In this document: piece by piece, positions 57,811 to 64,000 of the stretch | Layout of the letters: every line of letters begins with the position of its first letter | Position numbering within the stretch: position 1 is the stretch's first letter | Source: Sedimentisphaerales bacterium | Lineage (GTDB): Bacteria > Planctomycetota > Phycisphaerae > Sedimentisphaerales > SM23-30 | Reading direction: 5' to 3' (one strand) | DNA length: 64,000 nt | NCBI GenBank assembly: GCA_963666285.1 | Contig: OY762711.1 | Notes under the pieces: model-generated | What the model was told of the DNA's origin: nothing | Database searches by the model: none | The model's input: only the letters and a program-made list of their open reading frames with translations | Translations under genes and position numbers: made by a program

Positions 57811-60189
57811 ATGAATTTTAGAACTTTGATTGCGGTATTTGTATTGTTTTTGACAATTTCATTAAATTCAGTTCAGGCCCAGGTTGGACAGGAATTTGCC
57901 GGTAACCCGGTCTTTCCAGGCTGGTATGCCGATCCGGAGGTGATAATCTACGGAGATGAATACTGGATTTATCCAACATATTCAGCCCCGTATAATGAGC
58001 AGTTATTCTTTGACTGTTTTTCGTCAAAAAATCTGGTGGATTGGACCAGGCATTCCAAGATCCTGACTAATAAAGAGGTAAAATGGGCCTGGCGTGCGAT
58101 GTGGGCGCCAGGAGTTATATCGAAAGATGGTAAATATTACCTGTTTTTTACCGCTAATGATGTTCATCCGAACGAGATCGGCGGGATTGGCGTAGCAGTA
58201 GCCGATAGTCCGGGCGGTCCGTTTAAGGACCATATTGGCAAGCCCCTGATCAATCATATAGTGAATGGTGCTCAGCCTATTGACCAGTATATTTTCCTTG
58301 ATGATGATGGTACGTATTATATGTACTACGGCGGCTGGCGTCATTGTAATATAGTTAAACTAAACGAAGATTTTACCGGGCTGGTACCTTTTGATGATGG
58401 TCTGACCTACCGGGAAGTAACGCCGGATAACTATGTTGAAGGCCCATTCATGTTCAAAAGGGATGGCAAATATTACTTCATGTGGTCAGAAGGCGGCTGG
58501 ACAGGTCCGGATTATTCGGTAGCGTATGCAATAGCAGATTCGCCGTTTGGCCCGTTTAAACGAGAGGGAAAGATACTCAAGCAAGATCCGGAAATTGCGA
58601 CCGGAGCAGGTCATCATTCCTGTTTTAATATACCGGGAACAGACAAATGGTATATAGTTTATCATCGTCGTCCGCTAACAGAAACAGACGGCAACAGCAG
58701 GGTGACATGTATTGATGAGATGCATTTTGATGATAATGGTAAAATACTGCCGGTAAAAATGACAAATAAGGGTGTTAAATGGCAGACTATTGATGCTGTT
58801 GGAAAAGTATCGCAGGAAGGCGGTGCTGACTGGTCGACGTTTAAATATCCTGAAGTAATAATAGTTGATAAGGATAACGGTCAGAGTGAAGGTTCCAAGC
58901 TGGTAAAGAAGATGATTCCTGACCTAGAATCATTTATTAAAGATATTTCTTTGGGTGTCTGTAAAACCCTGTATAAATCGCCTGATGAAGTTCCGGCTTT
59001 TGAAACTCTGGTTTTTGAGTTAGAAGATACCGATGGTGTAGCTTATAAAATGGGTAATAACCCCAAGATCAAGATTCATATGAGTACCAGGTATCTTGCC
59101 GATCAGTATCGCAGGATGGGTGATGAAGCGATAACATATGAGATTGCCGGTATTAACTGGCATGAGCTGACCCATGCGTATCAACATTCTCCGAGAGCGA
59201 AAAGCCGAGAAGATCATTTTGGTGCAATTGAAGGTATGGCAGATGCTGTCAGGATAACAGCCGGTTATCATAAGACAAGAAAGCCTAGGCCGGGCGGTAA
59301 CTGGAACAGCGGCTATACAACAACCGGTTTCTTTATGGAGTGGTTACAAAATACCTATGATAAGGATTTTGTCTATAAGTTTAACCAATCATGCCGGGAT
59401 ATGAGGCCATGGAGCTGGGATAAGGCGTGTAATTCTATTGCAGGAAAAGGCATACAGTTGTTGTGGAATGAGTATCAGTGGCATCTGAAAGGCGGCGGCA
59501 GTGAGGCTGTGGCCCAATTTACAGTAAATAAAAACATTGTTGGTAAGGGCCAGGAAATAAAGCTGGAGAATACATCTTTTAATGAGCCGGAATCATACAA
59601 ATGGGAATTTCCAGGTGCGACCCCATCATCAAGTACAGATAAATCACCGGTAATAAAATATAATGCTGCCGGTCAGTATGATATAACCTTGTCAGCGACA
59701 AATAAAGATGGGAGTACCACCCAGACAGAAAAGGGATGTGTACTGGTTTTGGAAGAGAACGGTTCGATAGTAAGTCTGGCATCGATACGGGAAGGCATTT
59801 CGTGTGTGCCAGAGCGGGCGATGCCACGTGAAGGGGTAAGAAACCTGGTTGATGGTAATCCCGAGACGAAATATTGTACCCAGTCCAGGGCGTCACAGAT
59901 AATATATTCGCTGACAAAGCCGGCCCAGTTGTATGTGTATTCGATAACTTCTGCTAATGATGCACCTGGCAGGGATCCTGCCAGCTGGACACTTGAAGGA
60001 TCAAACGATAACAGCATCTGGGAGCCGATTGATACTCAAAAAGATGTTACTTTTGCCGGCAGGTATCAGAAGAAGCAGTTTTTAGTTAAGGGCAACAGTA
60101 AGAAATATACATATTACAGGTTAGATATGAGGTCTAAGAGTGATCCGATTTTTCAGTTTGCCGACCTTGAGCTTATAGGAGCATTCTAA
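57811..60189 (+). CDS. Fusion of GH43, BSP-family zinc metallopeptidase, PKD and discoidin/CBM32-like domains
   Basis: GH43 YADPE, WAP, QPIDQ, YVEGP, GHH; WHELTHAYQ...IEGMADAVR; PKD SYKWEFPG...GQYDITL; YSITSANDAPGRDPASWTLEGSND. Confidence 0.88.
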   Translation: MNFRTLIAVFVLFLTISLNSVQAQVGQEFAGNPVFPGWYADPEVIIYGDEYWIYPTYSAPYNEQLFFDCFSSKNLVDWTRHSKILTNKEVKWAWRAMWAPGVISKDGKYYLFFTANDVHPNEIGGIGVAVADSPGGPFKDHIGKPLINHIVNGAQPIDQYIFLDDDGTYYMYYGGWRHCNIVKLNEDFTGLVPFDDGLTYREVTPDNYVEGPFMFKRDGKYYFMWSEGGWTGPDYSVAYAIADSPFGPFKREGKILKQDPEIATGAGHHSCFNIPGTDKWYIVYHRRPLTETDGNSRVTCIDEMHFDDNGKILPVKMTNKGVKWQTIDAVGKVSQEGGADWSTFKYPEVIIVDKDNGQSEGSKLVKKMIPDLESFIKDISLGVCKTLYKSPDEVPAFETLVFELEDTDGVAYKMGNNPKIKIHMSTRYLADQYRRMGDEAITYEIAGINWHELTHAYQHSPRAKSREDHFGAIEGMADAVRITAGYHKTRKPRPGGNWNSGYTTTGFFMEWLQNTYDKDFVYKFNQSCRDMRPWSWDKACNSIAGKGIQLLWNEYQWHLKGGGSEAVAQFTVNKNIVGKGQEIKLENTSFNEPESYKWEFPGATPSSSTDKSPVIKYNAAGQYDITLSATNKDGSTTQTEKGCVLVLEENGSIVSLASIREGISCVPERAMPREGVRNLVDGNPETKYCTQSRASQIIYSLTKPAQLYVYSITSANDAPGRDPASWTLEGSNDNSIWEPIDTQKDVTFAGRYQKKQFLVKGNSKKYTYYRLDMRSKSDPIFQFADLELIGAF

Positions 60190-60279
60190 TAATGAGCAAG
60201 GTTATAGCCTTGACCAGAACCCGGAGACGAATAGAAACTGTAATGTCTAATGACCGTTAATTCTGAGCGGATAGGCCCT

Positions 60280-61676
60280 TGACAAATCGTTTTATATTCA
60301 ATTATTCAAAGAGCAAAATTTATTATTAAGACGAAGTTTTCGTCGTTGTTAAGTTTTAGAGAGAGCTGATTTTTATTGGTTCTCTTTTTTTGTTAGCTCT
60401 CTACTGTTGGATGGTATGTCGCAAGTGCGCTGATTTTTTGGGCGGGATGGTTGGTTTGGAAGCTTGTAAGGTGTTGGGGGTAAAGTGGATAATAATTTTG
60501 GAGAATTTGGATTTTCGCGATTTGGTGGTTGTAAAAACGCGGTGATTTTTTCGAGAAAATCAGTGGTCAGGTATCAGGTTTCAGATGCCAGGGAAGGTTG
60601 CTCGCTACCGCTCGCGGGTAATTGATGGGGGACGGAGGGAGTGCGGCATATATACGGGACATCGCGGCGGTAGGACGGCGGCGAAAAGGGAAACGGATTT
60701 GAGCGGCGGCGAATTGCGGGCTGCGGACAGTATACGGCGGAACGTTGAATGGGTGCGGCGGTATACGGACGGGAACGAAGCGGAGATGGGAAGGCAGGTA
60801 AAAAGTAATAGGTAAAAGGTAAGAGTTGAGGTGTCTTGTACCGTACGGTACAAGACCTTATTTTAAACGGCTGGCGGCGAACGACCAAAGGTCGTTAGAG
60901 ATTAGAGCAGATGAGCAGTAGAACAGGCAATCAGCTACGAGCAACGAGCGGCCAGCGGCCAGCAAGCAGCCAAGCTGCTAGAGATTAGAGGAGATGAGCA
61001 GCTAAACAGCAACGAGCGACCAGCGGCCAGCGGCCAGCAAGCAGCCAAGCTGCTAGAGATTAGAGGAGATGAGCAGCTAAACAGCAACGAGCGACCAGCG
61101 GCCAGTGAAGAGGAAATACGTGCTACGCACTGGGGCACATCATTGGACAAGTCCAATGATGTGAAGGTGTCGCTTACGCGACCTTTTTTAAACGGTTACG
61201 GGGTGTGAAGGAGGGGTAAAAAAACGGAATGAAATAGAAGAGTGGGGGGATATAAGGAAGAGTGCATGGCGGGTTTGGGAAAGTGTGCGGCGGTGAGGGG
61301 ATTTTGCGAGAATTGTTGTAAGTTATTGTTTTTTGATTGTGGGCGGACCAGAAAATAAGTGATGAGTGAAGAGTTAATAGTGAAGAATTGAGGTGTTCGC
61401 CTAACGGCTCATGACTTGTTTTAAAGCTGATGCCGAACGACCAAAGGTCGTTAGAGATTAGAGCAGGTGAGCAGTTGAACAGGCAATCAGCTACGAGCTA
61501 CGAGCGGCCAGTACATTAACTTCGTGCTGCGCACTGGGGCACATCATTGGACAAGTCCAATGATGTGAAGGTATCGCCTGGCGGCGATGGTATTTTTGTG
61601 TACTGATGCGAAAGTGTGGGTGATTTGCGAAAAGGTGTCTCTACGCGACAGCTAGGGTATGTTCATTTAAACGGTA
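60280..61676 (-). repeat. Modular non-coding repeat element, copy 2 (inverted relative to copy 1)
   Basis: Reverse complement aligns with 27300-28608; units at 60829-60870, 61165-61195, 61391-61430, 61569-61598 and 61633-61674; internal duplications 60877-60955 vs 61433-61511 and 61119-61168 vs 61523-61572. Confidence 0.9.
60948..61105. repeat. 75-bp tandem duplication (two full units plus a partial unit)
   Basis: Identical units begin at 60948 and 61023 (GCGGCCAGCGGCCAGCAAGCAGCCAAGCTGCTAGAG...). Confidence 0.9.
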
Positions 61677-61779
61677 CAGCTATTTGGGATAAAATACCCA
61701 GATTTGACAGTAATATATATGTTGCAGGTAATGATAGACTATTATGTTGAGTTGAAAATCAGAAATTTAGCTGATAGGC

Positions 61780-61820
61780 AAAAGAAAAACCCCGGGACAG
61801 GTTGTTCTATGCCGGGGTTT
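61780..61820 (-). terminator. Rho-independent terminator of the rightmost gene
   Basis: AAACCCCGG...CCGGGGTTT stem with a minus-strand T tract, about 25 nt after the stop codon. Confidence 0.65.
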
Positions 61821-61844
61821 GGATAATTTTAAAGGTAATAATAC

Positions 61845-64000
61845 TTATTCGCCGTAAACAGCCGGGTTTGTTCCGTCAGAAACCTCAGTCCCGTCGTTAG
61901 TGCCGTCTTCGTCTGTGTCTGCTTTGTCGGCTCTCAGGTGGTTTTCGTATTCATAGAGGTTGGTCAGTCCGTCACCATCAAGGTCGCCCAGACTGTCGTC
62001 TATAAGCGGGTTCATGCCGCAGGCAATTTCATAGCCGTCAGAAATGGTATCACCATCGGTATCAGATACAAGCGGGTTGGAATCTGTTTGAGAATTATAA
62101 GATATTGTGCCGTCAAAAGCCACTTCTTCATAGTCGGTGGCACCGTCACTATCGGTATCGGTTTCGTCAACAGATGTGCCAAGCACTATTTCCAGATGGT
62201 CGGCCAGGCCATCGCCATCGGTATCAGTTGCAGCGAAATCAGCGGCGGTGTAGGCGGTTGTAGTGTAATCATCTGTGTCAGAGATAACTGTGCCGGCATT
62301 CGGGTCTAGTACCTGGATATCAGTTATAGTGAATGGCCCATCCGTGGCGTTATCAAATATCTTTTCTGATGAAAATTCCAGTGTAACGGTTATTTGGCCG
62401 GTTCCAGCCATCCAGTTTTGGGCGATAGCGTCCAGATCGGCAAGGTCAACTGTGCCGGACTCATCCAGATCGTAAGCATTACATGGGTAATCTTCGACCA
62501 GGCAGTGAATCTCGCCCCAGAAGTTTGCCAATAGAGCAAAGTCGATCAGGTTGACTTCTTTATCGCCATTAAAATCACCGCTGACTGATTCAAAAGTAAC
62601 AACTTCAGAACCATCGGTATCGATAATATTGCCGGAGCTGTCGGTAAGATTACCTATAACCATAAAGTCAGTTGGTTCTGATATGTCAACAGGGATGGTA
62701 ACTTGCAAAGATTCATATATGCCGTCATTGTCTGAATCGATAGCTGAATCAGACATTCCGCCGGAAATGTTAATGTTGGCAGAAGATATAGTAAAGCTGT
62801 CGAAGGCGGTTCTCTGGAAAGAGCCGTCTGCTGCATTTGCGGTTAATGTGACATAGTATGTGCCGATTTGAGTAGTATCGGCAAAGTCCAGCATGAAAAC
62901 GCCGTCACCTGCGGCAGAATCGCTGCCTGTACCATCGTCGGTTAATGTGTATTGTGTTGTGGTTTGGTCAGGGTATGTAATGTCTGCGATAATTTCAACA
63001 TCTGTAATTGCAGTATCATTGTCAGAGACGGAAGCATAGACGGTAATATTGTCATTTACATTTGCCCACTGGTCTGAGTATATTGTCATTGAGATAGTTT
63101 CATCATCGAATACTGTGATGCCGTAGTTTTGTTTATCTTCGGAATCTGTGGAGAACGATGCTGTCCATGGGCCTGACTGAGGGTTTGTAATCGTGTAGTT
63201 GAAATAGCCATCATCTGAAGCTGAATATGTGACAGAAGAATCTGAGGTTTCCGGAGTGTAAACTGTGCCATCCGGAGCAGACAAATTCAATAGATTTATC
63301 GCAGCTGTATCTGAAGCATAAGCAAATACTTTAAGGGTTTCACAGGTTGCGATACTGAATTGGTATTCAACCGGTGAACTGCTGTCGAAAATACCGCTGT
63401 CAGAGCCGATAAAACAAGTATTTTGTGATGTTTCTTCCTCTGTGTCTGTAGTTGATAACGCTAAAGGTTCAATTGAAGAAGTAGAAGTGCTGGAAGATAT
63501 ATCTAGCCATTCAATTATTTTATTTAGAACATTTGGATGTCTGAAGCATGAATAATGATCTAATCCGGAATTATAAAAAGAGCAAATATCAACGGCCTGA
63601 TATTCATGTTTCTTCTCTAGTTTGTCATTTTTCCTATCATAGTACCAGCCTAAGATAACGCCTTTAGCTGAATTATAAGGAACTGCCCCATCATTTTCAG
63701 AATAATGGCTCATACCGCTTTTTGCATATAGTAAAGCACCTGAGGCAGTTAAGCTCAATGTATGAAGAACATTTTGATTTTTTTTACTGTATGTTGCATA
63801 AATAGGCAAATCGCATTTTATTCTTTGGTTAAAACTTTCCAGATAATCAGTAGCCAGGCATTGTGTTGCTTCATTATCTTTTTTGGGGTTAAATTCTGAA
63901 AGAGGACTTCCTGTGTGTGGTGTTTGAGCACAAAATATTTTCAATACTCTATCCTGATGGTCATAGGCATATTGGCGAGAGATCAATCCTCCCATGCTGT
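61845..64000 (-). CDS. Alpha/beta-hydrolase (lipase/esterase-like) with Ig-like domains, an internal dockerin and Ca-binding DxDxDG repeats; 5' end outside the window
   Basis: The frame is open to the window edge and reads (H)SMGGL, a nucleophile elbow; TPHTGS, NDGAVP; LTDDGTGSDSAAGDGVF; GDFNGDKEVNLIDF...DLDESGTVDLADL; DTDGDG repeats. Confidence 0.82.
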   Translation of the reverse strand, partial: SMGGLISRQYAYDHQDRVLKIFCAQTPHTGSPLSEFNPKKDNEATQCLATDYLESFNQRIKCDLPIYATYSKKNQNVLHTLSLTASGALLYAKSGMSHYSENDGAVPYNSAKGVILGWYYDRKNDKLEKKHEYQAVDICSFYNSGLDHYSCFRHPNVLNKIIEWLDISSSTSTSSIEPLALSTTDTEEETSQNTCFIGSDSGIFDSSSPVEYQFSIATCETLKVFAYASDTAAINLLNLSAPDGTVYTPETSDSSVTYSASDDGYFNYTITNPQSGPWTASFSTDSEDKQNYGITVFDDETISMTIYSDQWANVNDNITVYASVSDNDTAITDVEIIADITYPDQTTTQYTLTDDGTGSDSAAGDGVFMLDFADTTQIGTYYVTLTANAADGSFQRTAFDSFTISSANINISGGMSDSAIDSDNDGIYESLQVTIPVDISEPTDFMVIGNLTDSSGNIIDTDGSEVVTFESVSGDFNGDKEVNLIDFALLANFWGEIHCLVEDYPCNAYDLDESGTVDLADLDAIAQNWMAGTGQITVTLEFSSEKIFDNATDGPFTITDIQVLDPNAGTVISDTDDYTTTAYTAADFAATDTDGDGLADHLEIVLGTSVDETDTDSDGATDYEEVAFDGTISYNSQTDSNPLVSDTDGDTISDGYEIACGMNPLIDDSLGDLDGDGLTNLYEYENHLRADKADTDEDGTNDGTEVSDGTNPAVYGE

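Noticed and set aside
60197..60278. Hairpin CAAGGTTATAGCCTTG and adjacent sequence as a terminator or IS end
   Set aside because: Short stem with no T tract, and no partner inverted repeat or transposase remnant was found.
60574..61156. Short ORFs 60574-60888, 60585-60815, 60605-60853 and 60935-61156
   Set aside because: Frames are open because skewed GC-rich DNA has few stops. Differences from copy 1 are largely non-synonymous and include a stop in one frame. The 25-aa repeat only mirrors the 75-bp duplication.
61399..61456. Integron attC-like site (GCCTAAC...GTTAGAG)
   Set aside because: The ends are not fully complementary, there is no internal attC hairpin, and no cassette ORF or integrase is present.
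1..64000. rRNA, tRNA, prophage, defence or transposase genes
   Set aside because: None recognised by eye; small RNA genes could have been missed without covariance searches.

Overview
Bacterial carbohydrate-utilisation region. The mix of secreted LamG proteins with dockerin-like or PEP-CTERM tails, a PVC-type ECF sigma/FecR pair, an SSS transporter and no SusC/D suggests a planctomycete (Phycisphaerae-like); this is inference. From left to right: (1) four paralogous LamG surface proteins, a CE12 esterase and a GntR/LacI regulator; (2) an SSS-HAD-[collapsed sialate O-acetylesterase]-GH38-GH92-GH3-GH78-unknown (GH67-like)-GH38 cluster; (3) a ~1.3 kb modular non-coding repeat; (4) GH109 plus a sulfatase; (5) a reverse-strand mannose operon (Fru-family PTS IIC, IIB, HPr-EI-EIIA, GH92, MFS, ROK, GH125, phosphomannose isomerase) with a divergent YijO-like AraC; (6) ECF sigma, anti-sigma and a LamG protein; (7) a GtaA-like protein, GH51, GH127-like and a GH43-metallopeptidase fusion; (8) an inverted second copy of the modular repeat; (9) a partial hydrolase with a dockerin. 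The most unusual signal is the pair of inverted non-coding elements (27300-28608 and 60280-61676). They are built from CCGTTTAAAA-[variable hairpin]-ACCT-[heptamer run] units whose hairpins differ between copies at equivalent positions, and they bracket about 31.7 kb of glycan genes. No rRNA, tRNA, CRISPR array, transposase or integrase was recognised. All calls come from reading motifs by eye; no searches were run.
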